Assembly (NCBI GenBank): GCA_964016885.1
Contig: OZ024740.1
Coordinates: 89,590,001 to 89,654,000 of the forward strand
Length of the DNA: 64,000 nucleotides
Reading direction: 5' to 3'
Origin: Eledone cirrhosa
Lineage: Eukaryota
The position numbers and the translations under genes were made by a program. Positions 1 through 17,618 of the stretch are shown in pieces. The notes under the pieces were generated by a model. It was given only the letters and a program-made list of their open reading frames with translations. It ran no database searches and had not been told where the DNA came from. Positions within the stretch are counted from its first letter, which is position 1. Each line of letters opens with the position of its first letter.

Positions 1-82
<82 letters not shown>

Positions 83-92
83 AGTATATATG

Positions 93-165
<73 letters not shown>

Positions 166-186
166 ATATATATACATATATATATG

Positions 187-238
<52 letters not shown>

Positions 239-834
239 TATATAAATATATATATTATTTATTATTATAATATAACTTATGAGTATGTGTATATATGTGA
301 GTGTGTGTATATGAATATATATGTATATATATGTGTAAAAAAATATATATGTGTATGTGTGTTTTTTTTGTGTGTGTGTATATATATGTATGTATATATG
401 TGTGTATGTATGTGTTTGTATGTGTGTTTATGGTTGTATGTGTGTGTGGGTATATATATAAATGTATGTGTATATATATTTATATATGTGTATATGTATC
501 TCTATTAATGTGTGTATATATGTATATGTATATACCTTTTTCTTTGTATGTCTGAGTTGAGTGAGAGTGTAGTGGTGTTTGTATGTATATACGCATATAT
601 GGATGCGTATGTATTTGTATATATGAGTATATGTAAGTGCGTATGTATGTATGAATATATATCTATGTCTATGTATGAGTATATATGTGTGTGTATGTAT
701 GTTGTGTGTGTATGTATGTATGTGTGTATGTGTGTATGTGTGTATATGTGTATATATATATATATGTGTGTATATGTATGTATGTATGTGTATGTATGTA
801 CATATATGTGTATGTATATGTGTGTGTGTATATA

Positions 835-881
<47 letters not shown>

Positions 882-1069
882 TTATTTTATATATATGTGT
901 GTGTGTGTATGTATGTGTGTGTATATATATCTTTATATATGTGTGTGTATGTTCGTGTAGGTGTATATGTGTGTATGACTATATATGTATGTGTGTATGT
1001 GTGTATGTATGTATGTGTATGTGTGTGTACATGTATGTATGTGTATGTATATATATGTGTGTATATGTG

Positions 1070-1132
<63 letters not shown>

Positions 1133-1408
1133 GTATCTCTATTTGTATGTGTATATGTATATGTATATACCTTTTTCTTTGTATGTCTGAGTTGTGTGAG
1201 AGTGTAGTGGTGTTTGTATGTATATACCGATATATGGATGCGTAAGTATTTGTGTGTATGTATGTATGTATGTATGTATGTATTTGTGTGTATATATAGG
1301 TATGTATGTGTATGTCTGTATGTATATAAGTATGTATGTATATGTATATGTGCGTGTATGTGTATATATATGTGTGTCTATATATGTATGTGTGATTATA
1401 TGTGGATA

Positions 1409-1457
<49 letters not shown>

Positions 1458-1522
1458 ATATGTGTGTATGTATGTATATGTATATGTTTATATATGTGTG
1501 TGTGTGTGTGTTCTATGTGTAC

Positions 1523-1560
<38 letters not shown>
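1..1560. repeat. Compound (TA)n/(TG)n/(TATG)n microsatellite field with an internal ~636-bp-offset duplication
   Basis: Direct reading; the unique 60-mer 'atacctttttctttgtatgtctgagttg.gtgagagtgtagtggtgtttgtatg' recurs at ~532 and ~1168. Confidence 0.9.
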
Positions 1561-1561
<1 letters not shown>

Positions 1562-1639
1562 TCTTGATATATTTCTTTTTTCTTTTTTCTTCTTCTTTTC
1601 TTTCCTTTTTATTTTTTATTTCTTAGTTTATAGATACAT

Positions 1640-2388
1640 CTATAAATAAGCAGTCTGCCCAAACCGTTGAATACTGACCTCTCCCCCCCCCTCCCACCTA
1701 ATGTCTGTATCTTGATCTAAATGTGTGTGGCAGTGTTTATGTGAGTGAATTAATATCCATGTGCTTATGATAATATTATATCCACATATATATGTGTGTG
1801 GGGGTGTGTGTGTGTATGTATGTTCGTAATTATGTGTATGTTTATGCATATACGCGCGCGTGTGTGTGAGTGTACGGATATGTGTGAGTATGAGAATATG
1901 TGTATACACTTATTTCATATTTATGTGTCTATACGCATTTTATCTGTGCATTATAAACTTACAGAGACATTAGCCTTGAAATTTTGTATTTGCATACATC
2001 TTTTTGGCATGCGTATGCATGTTGAGCATACATCTTTGTATAAATATGTGTACGGGGTTAGTTACATGTATATACACACACCAAACTGCATAAAACCTTT
2101 TGTATTTTCATTGGTCAATTTTGAACTGTTCCCAAACGGACCTGAAATTTTGAATTGTTGTTATTATCAATAAATATATTTCATTATTTCTGAAGACGGC
2201 GTATATGTGTGTTTGGTATGTATATTTAATCTTGATAGTTTGTATAATTTTGTATAATTTTGTACATAGATCTGTTGAATATGCATGCCAATTCTAACAC
2301 ATATATATCCTAGAAACGATCGTTAAATAATGAACTTTTTTTGTTTAATATAAGGAACTGTTTCATTGTTTTATTCATTATTTGTTTA

Positions 2389-2395
<7 letters not shown>
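1640..2395 (+). mobile_element. PLE 3' UTR/pseudo-LTR remnant ending in (TA)n
   Basis: TG-rich UTR like that of the Naiad at 32620-33090, contains an HHR motif at 2180-2334, and ends in (TA)n. Confidence 0.6.
2180..2334 (+). ncRNA. Type I hammerhead ribozyme motif with a ~115-nt stem II
   Basis: Stem I TTCATTATTT (2180-2189)/AAATAATGAA (2325-2334); CTGAAGA 2190-2196; GAAA 2313-2316; palindromic stem III ACGATCGT; cleavage triplet GUU; stem II arms pair (tggtatgtatatttaat/gttgaatatgcatgcca). Confidence 0.8.
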
Positions 2396-3763
<1,368 letters not shown>

Positions 3764-3819
3764 TGAATGTGTCTATTGACACCTGGAATTTAGCTTAAGT
3801 GAAACATGACAATAATGAT

Positions 3820-4272
3820 ATGATAAACACCCATATTTTGAACTGGTTTATAGAATTCTTTTGGCCTTTGTCTCACTAACTAGAGTTTAAAGAATTACCG
3901 TTTAAAAAATTTCCCTTTTCTTTAAATCCATTAACCATGACCGACCACCAACCATCTTATAGACACCTGAAATATAGGCATTGTTAGCCTAAGAGATACT
4001 TAAAAATAAGGAGTGTGACCCCAAATTGAACTTGTGTATATAATTCTTTCTACCTTTGTCACTCTAAATATAAATTATAGCCTTAAAGAATTAGCTTTTA
4101 ATGAATTCCCTTTTCTTTCAACCAATGACCTACACCCATTCCACTCCCCACCCTCTCCTACCACCTGAAAGTATATAAATACCACAACATTTAGTTTGGA
4201 AAGCCAGATTCCTGATGATTTCTAAAGAATGAAACTGTTCTAGTCCTGTAGAAGCTCATCTATAGTAAAACT
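3820..4272 (+). mobile_element. Probable PLE pLTR remnant with a degenerate HHR
   Basis: CTGATGA 4212-4218, short stem II, GAAA 4231-4234, GTC 4243-4245; stem I does not pair well; ends in (TA)n. Confidence 0.4.
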
Positions 4273-4524
4273 ATATATATATATATATATACTCATACAT
4301 ATATAGATGGTAGAGTGATTTTCGTTATAAGTCCTTTAAAATGATTTAAATTGCTACACGGAAGTTAATAAGGCCGTATAACAAAATAAATCTTTATAAG
4401 ACGTAATATTAACGCATAGGAACCACGAATTAAATCCTTCATCTCTTTTTTAAAATATATCTTAGATGCATCAAAGATGTTATTCATTAGGGAATATTAT
4501 ATTCATTCATATTATTATTTCAAT

Positions 4525-4665
4525 AGGGCGGTGAATTGGCAGTATCAGTAGAGAGTCAGACGCCATGCTTTCTAGCATAGTTATGTCCCTTTATGATCTG
4601 AGTTCACATCCCGCCGAGGTTAACTTTGCCTTTCATCCTTACGGGTCGATAAAATAAAGTATCAT
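4525..4665 (+). mobile_element. tRNA-type SINE copy
   Basis: A-box-like 'ggtgaattggcag', B-box-like 'gagttcacatccc', and the core 'tttgcctttcatccttacgggtcgataaaataaagta' that is dispersed through the window. Confidence 0.75.
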
Positions 4666-6811
4666 ATGTTTCCTTCAAAATAAATGTATATACATCACCG
4701 TGTATATTTTTTTCCGGATTCATTTTAACCTCATGTAAATGATGTATATAAATATTTGTTTCGTTAGATTATTTTGTTACATACATGTAAATATATTCAT
4801 GGCAACGCCTGTTATATATCATATATGTCTTTTTTATTTTATTGTGATTATAATTATGCCTTTATTAAAGTATTTGTGATTGAAAGGTATTGCTGTTTAC
4901 ACTTATATTTCAAATTCGCGCACAATTGAACGATTGGCTTCGGAGAATTAGAAAATACTTTTGATCGTCTATATTTCTGAAATAGCTAATGTATTGTTGT
5001 AACACGGAAAATTACACTTTTAGGAGCAACATTCTAGGTAGAAATTATCGACCATTAGACGAATGTTGGCAATCAATGAAATCTATATTTATACACGAGT
5101 ATAAATTAAACAAATCTAATTGATAGATTTTATATTTAGCGTATTTATTGAAAGTATGACCATATTATAATTATGAGCGAATTGATTAATGTTAGATTAT
5201 GGTTGGTGCAAAGAAGTAACTAGGAATATATTGTTTTATTAAATTGAAAGAGACAGACAGAAGAAACACGTCAATGAGTGGATTCTTTGTAGAACATATT
5301 TCCACTTGTAATAGATTGATTAATGTGCGATTGCAGTGATTAATGTAGAATATACAACAGGAATACTTTGAATTGTACGGAACCAGCATACGTTGTCGAG
5401 TTATGTGTGTGTTGTAGTGTCAACTGTACCTATAAAAGTATTATTGGAAATATGAAATATTTTGTGATATAGCAATCAAGTTGTAGACAAGAGATTTATA
5501 TAATTAGATTAGAAAGAGTTATGGTTATCAAATAGTGGTTTGATATTGGGATAAATGCATTGTTTAAACATGTACCAATATCGTGTCGGGAGCTTCATAT
5601 GAGAGTGCATGGTCTTGGCTGTGTTTAAGGTGCCTTCTCACTCATACGAAATACCATCTCTAATATGTTTCAGAGTTTCATCACTACATCTTTTCTCTTC
5701 TACATTAAGGTCTTATTAAACTTTCTATCCACCAACATTCATATTTAACAACATTCATTCCTCCAAAAGATTCCTGAATCCATGTGTCATGAGCATGCAA
5801 TTTTGAAACCTGGTGAACAAGCTGCACTAATTTGCTGAACAGATATTTAAAAAGCATTCTCTATTCGGTCCATGACAATTATGTTTCTTTCAAGAGAAAA
5901 AAATAAAAGAAAACACACAATCACTGCTAATTTCTAGAAAACATCGAACCATCAAAATGCATTATGCTCTCAGTTCACTGAAATGATACACACCGGAATT
6001 ATAATCACGTAAATATTTTAATTGTATAAATGAGATAACCGTTTAGCTTTAACTAATTAGTAAGTTTCTCTAACGCAATATTTAAATATAAACATATTTA
6101 CTCCATTAATATGTTGTGGCATTCTACCGTCCAAATGTTTCTGCATTGAAGCGAACAACATCTCAAAAAAAAGATAGTTCTCGCATTCGCACACAAAATT
6201 GCCCGTTGATACCCATCAGGCATTATATTATATAATTATATTTTTCATAATGTATTGTGTTATATCTAATTATTTCAGGGCTAACAGAAGTACATATTCC
6301 GGTATTTTAATATAATAGAAAAGAGATATCATTACAACATATATGTATAACAATCAAATTTCGTACGTTCATCCATAATCATGTGAGAATTTCGAAAGTA
6401 GACGCCTAAACTCAATATTGGAAATGTTAAGATTTAATATATACAATATAAATAATTTCATTCTTTTTTGGTATCGCGTTCTTAATTTTTGTTGATGTTA
6501 CTTGTTCCATAGACCGCCCAGTTTTCTTTGTGTACACCCGTGTAATTGCATACTTGGGCACACAACCACACACTTCTTAATGGAAGTTGATATTAGTTTC
6601 GGTTAGACTATGCAAGGAATTCATAAATTGGGATATTGAACAGGGGCAGGCTCGACATAAAAAACCCCAAACAGAGAGCATAGCCATTTCGTAATCACAA
6701 TCAGATCTATGAAATTAGAAGAAAAAAACCCCAAAACATTTTAATAGCACTTCCATGGATAACATACCATTCCATTTCATTCTCTTAATGTAAGAATGAT
6801 ACATAGGTGTA

Positions 6812-6861
<50 letters not shown>

Positions 6862-6926
6862 TACATATAGATATATACATACATATATATATATACACAC
6901 GCGCACGCACACACACAAACACACGA

Positions 6927-8088
<1,162 letters not shown>

Positions 8089-8228
8089 GAAATATTTGAA
8101 TGGATACAGTTTATTTGAAAGGAATTTATTGACACGTGTTTCTATAACAGTTACATAACCTGAAAACAGCTGCTATCTACAAAGTATTAGTTATGCAGCA
8201 CAATTACAACACAACGGAAAATACTGTA

Positions 8229-8273
<45 letters not shown>

Positions 8274-8301
8274 TTATATATATATATTTATATATATATG
8301 C

Positions 8302-8379
<78 letters not shown>

Positions 8380-9865
8380 GGGTATATTTATCAATCTATT
8401 TACTTATCTCTCTTTCTTGCTTTATATTACACTGCACCTGAACTATTCTGACATTATGTAAGGTTGTTTTAATCAGCACCTTTGAAAACTAGGTATATAC
8501 ATTTAGCTTATGACAATACGGAAATTACATGTAATTACATTCAACTTTATAGAATACTGAAATTAATGAACAAAGCCTGTGGAATGGATGCTAACTCTTC
8601 AGGATTTTCAATGGATAATCGATATTTAAGCATATCTTGCAAACTTTCATTTAAAAGCAATTTGAGTAATTTATATGGTCCTCGTAATATGAAATATAAA
8701 CCTACATTAGCGAATTAACTGATGCATATATTATTAAATATAATAACTTTTAGTTTACATTATTATGAACGGTGCCCGTTAACACGTTTTGATGGGATGA
8801 TTTTGATGGGAATTTTGGAAATAAAGAGAGAAATATGACAGTATGTATGTACGTTTAAAATTATTTTGCTGTTGCGTTAGCAGTTATAAAGTTTCTTATA
8901 AGTAGATAACATTGACACGATGACAGTTTACTCTCAACGGGCATTCACCTCATAGTTGGGCAACCATTCAGCCTGCAGCTCGTCAGACTCACACAGACTC
9001 GCTCGCGCGAACACAATGCGCCGGGCTGCGAAATAATTTAAGCGTACACATCTTTAAGATTTTAAGAACTTAGGATAAATATACAAAGTTAAAAGAAATA
9101 ACAGATAATATAAATAACAAACTGCATCAATTATAATCTTATCTGAAATGAACACTGATTTACATCATTACCAGAAATTCAAATACTGAATCTGTTGATA
9201 AAGTTATAAATTGGAAGGCATTGAATAGCATGGAATTTAATCAAGAAGCGTTTCGTGACAAAACAGCATATACTGTCACGAGGAAGCAAGAGAGTATGTA
9301 ATATAATGAAGATAATTAAACTGATAGGGAAGTCTGATGATGCATTTTATAAACACTGGATTTCTGCTGATTCAGTAAATATTTGTTCGACACGAAATAT
9401 ATTTTACTTATTTTAATCATATATTCTTGCAAATTGGCATAATTATAATCATTTTATTAGTCCTGTTCAAAAGTACTTGTTGAAAAGTTCATCGGTTACC
9501 ACATGTGAAATTGACCGTCGATGATAAAGATAATCATCATATAAACCAATGTACGTTTATATATAAAATCCATATGAATTATTTGAACACAAGTTACAAC
9601 ATATTATTTACTTTTATTTAGTTATTGTGTGTCAAAGTGTACAAAAGACAAAATATATACTGCATTTGGTAGTTTATACTAAGGATCAGGTGCATTCTGT
9701 TAACGGGATCAATCATTACCAGAAGAAATATAATTCGTATATTCATCATTGCAGAAATCTTTAAAATTGGAGATTTGTAAGAGAGCTACAGGACTTTTGC
9801 GGTAAATACTTAGCCTAACCTAAAGTACTCTCATCTCTCATTATTTAAGGCGTAACAGTACGTGC

Positions 9866-10055
9866 GATGAATTGAAAGTATCGGTCGAGCGTCGGATTGT
9901 TTGCTTTGTAACAGAGTACTGATTTCAAATCTCGCTGAGATTACCTTTGACTTTCATACTTACTGGGTCAATAAAGTAAAGTACCAGCAATGCAGTGAGG
10001 TCAATTTAATTGACATTTGGTTCACCCGACATTATTTGACTTATCCCTTAAGTAG
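9866..10055 (+). mobile_element. Diverged SINE copy
   Basis: 'ctttgactttcatacttactgggtcaataaagtaaagtaccag' matches the SINE core. Confidence 0.6.
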
Positions 10056-11199
10056 AAACGTTGGCAGAATTCCCTGACCATTGTCTTTGACGTCGAAACT
10101 TTGCTAATTGCAACGAAATATATTGTTTGATATATGTTGCTCTACGACAGGTTTGCGATCGAGTCCATGGCAGTAGAGACATCTTGTGTCCTTGATCCTA
10201 GTGTCACCTCCATGCACCCCATAATCGGCACACCAGCAGGTAAACACCTCATAAGCTCGAGTGGCTGTTCCAGTACGTTTCCCTCCACACCCTCCGGGGA
10301 AAAGCCTTCTACATTCTGTCCGTCGGGGCCGAGTCGTGATCAGCGCGTGGACTCCATTTTTCCATAATAGTAAGTTATGGTGAGAGCGGGAGAGACGGAG
10401 GCAGTGACTGTGGGAATTTGGTACTTTTGTGTTCGGAACTTGTGTATATGTTTCACCGACACACACTAATGTATTACAATAATTGACTGAACAATTTCAG
10501 AGTAAATTAGTAATGCCTTGCTCTCACACTTACAGGAGGAGACTGATGTTCTGCTACTAAACAGAACAACAATAATGATTGAGAAATGCAAGGGAGATAA
10601 ACAACATACCATTAAATTGTTTGTCATAAGTAACGTTAGCCCTGTTGTTGAAATCAGTTTTCTGTCTCAATGGAAGACTACACCAGTGTTCATTCAGTCA
10701 AATATTCATGGGGACAACGAGCCACATAAACATTATATACTATGAGTAGAAAATCATAAACTGGCAGACGAAATGTCAGAGCAGTATTTTTCAACCATTT
10801 CAGTGATTTGTATTTTGGAAACTCTCAGGAAATTAAAAAGAATAAAAGCGAATTATTTCAATATTCTCGTCGTAACACGTTTGCTTCCCTTTTCTCCTTT
10901 TCTACATTGCATTAGGTTTTTTTTAGTTCTAGGTACTGCGAGATACCAGCGAACAACTTTTGTTTTTTCTAAACTTTGTATTGTTGAAAAACAATTCATT
11001 TGTTTTATTTCGCTGAGATCCAAATTTCTTTGCCAGGAGTAGCCATAGACCCGTCCCTAAAGACGCAGTAGCTGAAAATCTAAACTGAGGGGAGAAGATC
11101 GTCGAGCAATGCAGACCGACAATCGCAAGGAATATTAATTATGCCTGGTGGGCATGTCTACTTATAAAAATCAACAGGTACATGATGCATCTAAATATA

Positions 11200-11296
11200 T
11201 CATTTTGCCTTTCATCCTTACGGGGTCGATAAAATAAAGTACCAGTAATGTACTGGGTAATTGCTGGCCTTGTGCCAAAAGTAGAAACAATTATTG
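11200..11296 (+). mobile_element. SINE 3' fragment
   Basis: Near-identical to 47569-47662. Confidence 0.75.
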
Positions 11297-12401
11297 TCAC
11301 ATGACAATCAAATGCTGATTTCAGACCGTCACCCTGTTTATCGGTTAGAAGAAGACGAAATATGCTCATCTGTAAAACCTTTCGATGGCAGAAATAGCTT
11401 GATGATCTCGTAAAAGACCTATTTCGAGAATGGAATATTCTGGATGCAATATATCTATATCAACTTACAGACACGTGAATGAATGATAAAAATACACATT
11501 TCATGATCGCAAACATCAAATATGACGACTAAACCTGAAATGTGTGTAGTTGATTTTATTATTTTTGGATTTTTGTTTGAATTGCAGCGTAGATATGCTA
11601 AGTATCCTTACTTCCGAACCCCGTGAAATAACAAAGATATAAGGAAAATATGTAAAATGTAAATGGCAAATGAGAAAAGCCCTTCAGCCAGAGGCTAATA
11701 CTGTAAAGCAAAATATGCGTGGAAGAAATCATTTTATTTTCCTCCACTTAATATCTGACCTGATGAAAGACTTCGTCACTCCTTTACATTGTTATAGTGA
11801 TGTGTGAGATTCCATCCTGATCTCTGCATATGAAAATGATATTAGAGGAGAAACAATATCTTGGTCAACAACAATATGGTGACATGAAGTCCTTTTCAAA
11901 ATACCTCTTGACAGTTACAAAGAATGGGAAGCAAAATAACATTTAAACTAAGCAATTTGGAGTTGGTTCGATCGAATCTTAATGGTTCTAGGAGGAGCAT
12001 GATAAATGTGGATGCGGTAGTGATAGCAGGCAGTGTGGAATAAAGGATGATATAAAATTACGTTTCGGAATAAGGCCAATAATAATATAGAGACGAATAG
12101 ATGCGACATTGGTCAACATTTCCCTTCTAGGATTATCAGGGTTTGTTTATACGTCCTAACACAATGGGTATTAATATGCAATGCTTTATTCAATATTCTT
12201 CGTTATATTATACTTTTCAATTTCTATAATGTTTTGTTCTGTATTTTATATTACAATAAATGTTAATATAATACATAAGGTCTCCCTGATTATTTTGAAG
12301 TCTTTTCTTAGTATTCAAAACACTGACGCGATACTCAGAGCCAGCATGCAAACCTAAATGTAAATCATAAAATTATGAGCGAGACAGGTCTTTCACGCAC
12401 G

Positions 12402-12442
<41 letters not shown>

Positions 12443-12446
<4 letters not shown>

Positions 12447-13379
12447 CTTCCCCCTTAACCTTTCACACCTACCCGTCGTCTCCCCTGTCCACCGCACCTA
12501 CGCACACACAGACACACAGTCCTCACCACAAGAGACCCTTTCTCCACATGTCATCCTCCTCTACTGCTATCTCTTCACCCTGCCTTGACCCTCTGACCAC
12601 CTCATGTTGCGTGCGCACCCCACATCTCTCTACTTCCGACCACCACAACCAATGGATTCCACACCACCAGTCATAGTTCCAGCTATCCATTCTATAACAT
12701 GAAAAATATCCAACAACTCATCGCACACTCCACGGAAATACCTTAGGAACTTACCCACGAACAAACACTCACATGTTTTTTGAACAACGACACTTACATC
12801 CACACCACGTATAAACATAAACTCACACGTGCGCACACCCACATATACACACACAGCCTCCCGAATCCACACGCCCCCCGTCTAACCCCTCTCCATCCAC
12901 ATGAAAGCACACACCGACTTACACACCACCACATGCACACACCTTTTCCTGAACATGGAACCTCGTTCTTCCCCCAACTCTCACATTCACATTCACACGC
13001 ACACACACACACGTACACGTACACACATACACAAACACCACCTTCAGCCCTCCCTGCTCGGGCTCCCCGCCTCCCACTCCTCACTCCAAACGCCACCCCA
13101 CCCTACACGCTTCACACCCTTCAACCACTTGTTTATTTTCATGTTTATTTTTATGTTTATTTTTATTTTTATATGTACTTCTTCAATGTTTTTCCTCCCT
13201 TTTCTCTCACCCCCTTTTTTCTAAATGTCTTTCCACCACTCCCTCACACACTCTCGGAACTCTCTTCCTACCCAGTTTTCTCCTGCTGAAGGGCTTTTGC
13301 CCGAAATGTCGTTGCGCACCCCCCCCCTCTCAAAAGCGTCAACCTAATAAACTCTCTGTTTTTGTTCCGGTCAAAGTTT

Positions 13380-13384
<5 letters not shown>
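12443..13384 (+). mobile_element. PLE 3' region/pLTR (C/A-rich) with a mutated minimal HHR
   Basis: CTGCTGA (13283-13289) + agggc-tttt-gccc + GAAA + tgtcgtt is a minimal hammerhead with A6 mutated; flanked by (TA)n. Confidence 0.55.
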
Positions 13385-13444
<60 letters not shown>

Positions 13445-13886
13445 GAACAAAGACATAGTCATAAAGGCCTTTCTTGCAATTTCCATTGATTCGAGCAAAA
13501 TATTTTACTATTGAATTTTGTTAGAACCAATTTGAAATTCCGGTGAAATTACTTCTATATAAAGGTACTACATCTTCCATACTTTCACCCGCTGTTTACA
13601 AAATAGTTGTATGTTTAAGTACATTGGACTAAAGAATTATTATTCTTTGAAATGTTTCTCAATATATGAAGTAAATTCGATTAAACTAAAATTAATAATT
13701 CTTCTGAAAATGCTGTTTTATCAACCGAAGCTACTATAAATGTTTGATGAACCCATTCTACTTGCTGGACAAAAAACGACAATATCTGTTTCGTCTGGTA
13801 AAATATGAAGAACAATTTGGAATAGAATTCTGTAGATTTTTGCTTTTGTTTATCTCTCTATTACGATTGTTGTTCTAGAACATTAC

Positions 13887-14454
<568 letters not shown>

Positions 14455-14800
14455 GGAGAAAAAATTTACGAAATGGAAATGCGGGTATATAGAATTTATT
14501 AGGTAACAATTGTTTCTATAGTGTATGGGTTACCTATACCTCGCTATTTGAATAATACACAAATATTATCATAAACCGAAGGTACACTGTAAGCCAACAC
14601 ACCATGTAATCAGACCTTTGTATTAGAAAGATATGAAAATAATTTATACACTAGATAAAAGATAAAAAGGAGGTAGGAAGAGAAGGGGAAGAGGGAAGTG
14701 AGTAAGGTGGAGGGAGTCTTAGGATTTAAGACTGTCAGACTAGTAGAGATTGTGAAGAGAGAATGTTTTGGCAGGAGTTAGCTTAATGAGGCGTGCTATA
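14455..14800 (-). mobile_element. PLE pLTR remnant with HHR (14501-14617, minus strand)
   Basis: Minus strand: aggt-CTGATTA-long stem II (catggtgtgttggcttac/gtaacccatacactata)-GAAA-CAATTG-TT-acct. Confidence 0.6.
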
Positions 14801-15076
14801 TATATACAATTATATTAAATAAATGGAAACTATATTTATAAAACCATATTTATTTTATTATATATATTTCAAGGGTACCAAGACAACATTGGTATGCTTT
14901 CATCAGATAATATACAAAGTTTGTTTTATAAATAGAGACATACCCATGATAATCTTACCTTATCGTTTGGAAATTCACTGGATAGTGGAAATATATTAGG
15001 GATTATTCAAATTTAACTGTTAATATGCAAATGAATATTTAAAAAATTGAAAAACAACCCTTCATTTAAATGACAC

Positions 15077-15168
<92 letters not shown>

Positions 15169-15325
15169 ATACAGGGACAAAGATAAAAAATAGTACGAGA
15201 GAGAGAGAAGAAATAAAAAGAGGATGAATAAACTCATATAACGTTATTTTGCGTGAAATATATTCTAAGTATATATCTTAATATTACGTGTATTTAAGAT
15301 TATTGGTTGTTTAAAATGCGTTTCT

Positions 15326-15447
15326 AATATAATTGTTTCGACGTTAGGCACAAGGCCAGCAATTATCCAGTACATTACTGGTACTTTATTTTATCAACCC
15401 CGTAAGGAAGAAAGGCAAATTTAACATCGGCGGGATTTGAACCCAGA
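15326..15447 (-). mobile_element. SINE inserted in the left arm of the inverted pLTR
   Basis: Reverse complement of the SINE core; absent from the right arm (~17005-17015). Confidence 0.75.
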
Positions 15448-15886
15448 TTTGATTCGTTTCTAATATAATATTTTCTGTTATAAGTAGATAAATAAATAAA
15501 TAAATAAATACATGCATAAATGATAAATAAATAATAAATAAATAAATAAATAAATAAAATAAATAAATAGATAAATAAATAAATCGATGGGTATATCATG
15601 TTATATATAATTGTTTTAATGAGTTATGAGGGATATTGGTTTTGTATTTAATGTAAGTAAACATTAAGTTAAATTAAATTAAATTAACTGAGGTAATAAG
15701 AATATTTATACTTATATATTTTAAAATGGGAAAATACGGAAAAACTCCAGTTAATTTATTTATTCGATAGTATCAGACTATTTAGTCAAAATAAGTATAA
15801 ATGTTCAAAGATATATTTAGCCAAAATCAGTTAGTGGTTATAAATCTAATAAAAATATTGAAAACATATTAAAAAATTAAGAAAAC

Positions 15887-16280
15887 TGTCCTTTACAAAA
15901 TAAATGTTTAGATAAGGACGTCGTCTATGAAGGTACAGTCAAAACCAGTGATAATATATTTAACTATGTAGGTGCAACTTCTGCAGAATTTAAAAGCCGC
16001 TGGAATAATCACAAATGCTCTTTGAAGAGTTGATAAAAAATCTTCAACTTCTCTTTCAAACCTGATATGGAACTTAAATTGCAAGAATATGGACTATTCC
16101 TTAACTTGGGAAATAATATCGTTAGCACCCGCGTACTGTAACAGCTTCATCTAGATTCTGCAAATAGTGTGTTGAGGAAATTTTTTTTCATACATAAATG
16201 TAAGAACTCTATTAATCTAAGAACGAAATTATTTTATTCTTGTAGACATCGCCTGAATTCAACATTCAGAACTATATTTA
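15887..16280 (+). pseudogene. GIY-YIG endonuclease fragment (PLE)
   Basis: Hand translation CPLQNKCLDKDVVYEGTVKTSDNIFNYVGATSAEFKSRWNNHKCSLK, followed by stops and frameshifts. Confidence 0.8.
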
Positions 16281-17536
16281 AATTATAATTATACCTATAC
16301 TATTTCTACTTATTTCCATAACAATCTTATCCACTTGGTTTTAATATATTGATATCTCTAAATAATAATATCCATAACATTTGTTATAATTCCACTTCTT
16401 AAAGTTTCATAAAATATATACATATTTAATTCTAATTTTTTAAACTTCAAATTTAATTTTAATTCTAATTTTATTCTTAATAATTTTTAATTCTTTATTT
16501 TGATTTCTTTAATTTTTATTTCTTTTAAAAATTACTTATCTCTTATAAATTATTTTAAAAAAAATTCTCAAATTTTAAATATTTTTTCAATATTTTTATT
16601 AGATTTACAATCACTAACTGATTTTGGCTAAATATATCTTTCAACATTTATACTTATTTTGACTAAATATTCTCATACTAACGAATAAATAAATTAACTG
16701 AAGTTTTTCCGTATCTTCCCATTTTAAAATATATAAATATAAATATTCTTATTAACTCAGTTAATTTAATTTAACTTAACTTAATTTTTATTTACATTAA
16801 TACAAAACCAATATCCCTCATAACTCATTAAAACAATTATATATAAAATGATATACACATCTATTTATTTATTTATCTATTTATTCATTTTATTTATTTA
16901 CTTATTTATTTATTATTTATATATTATTTATGATGTATTTATTTATTTAAGTATTTATTTATTTATTTAATTATTTATCTACTTATAAGAGAAAATATAT
17001 TAGAAACGAATTTTAAACAACTAATAATCGTAAATACACGTACTATTAAGATATATACTTAGAATATATTTCCCCCAAATTAAGGTTATACGAGTTTTAT
17101 TCATCCTCTCATTATTTCTTCTCTTTATCTCCTACTATTTTTTATCTTTATCCCCGTATATCCTCTCTCTCTCTTTCTCCAGTGTAATTTTAATAAACGA
17201 TTGTTTTTCAATTGTTTACTATTCATTTGCATATTAACACATAAGTTTGAATAATCCCTAATATAATTCCACTATCCAGCGAATTTCCACCGATAAGGTA
17301 TGATTTTCATGGGTACGTCTCTATTTATAAAACAAACTTTGTATTTTATCTGATGTAAGCGTACCAATGTTGACTTGGTAGCCTTGAAATATATATAATA
17401 AAATAAATATGGTTTTATAAATATAGTTTGCATTTATTTAAAATCTTTGAATATTAACTCCAGTAAATTGTTGAGTGCTCTAAATCAGTTATAAACATTT
17501 ATATTTGTCGGACATCCAACAAATTCAATACCCTTT

Positions 17537-17616
<80 letters not shown>

Positions 17617-17618
<2 letters not shown>

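Larger units (their letters stand above)
14812..17543 (+). mobile_element. 5'-truncated Naiad-type PLE with a large inverted pLTR
   Basis: 14812-15885 is an inverted copy of ~16563-17444; the spacer encodes a GIY-YIG fragment; each arm has an HHR; a unique tail runs 17445-17543 into (TA)n. Confidence 0.85.

Noticed and set aside
10135-10478. Solo LTR (TG...CA, GC-richer island)
   Set aside because: No exact target duplication, weak terminal inverted repeat and no second copy in the window.
11759-11790. Isolated CTGATGA
   Set aside because: No correctly placed GAAA or stem I; expected by chance.
13445-13880. Possible old PLE coding fragment on the minus strand (FIVASVDKTA)
   Set aside because: Only one short motif amid many stops, which is insufficient support.
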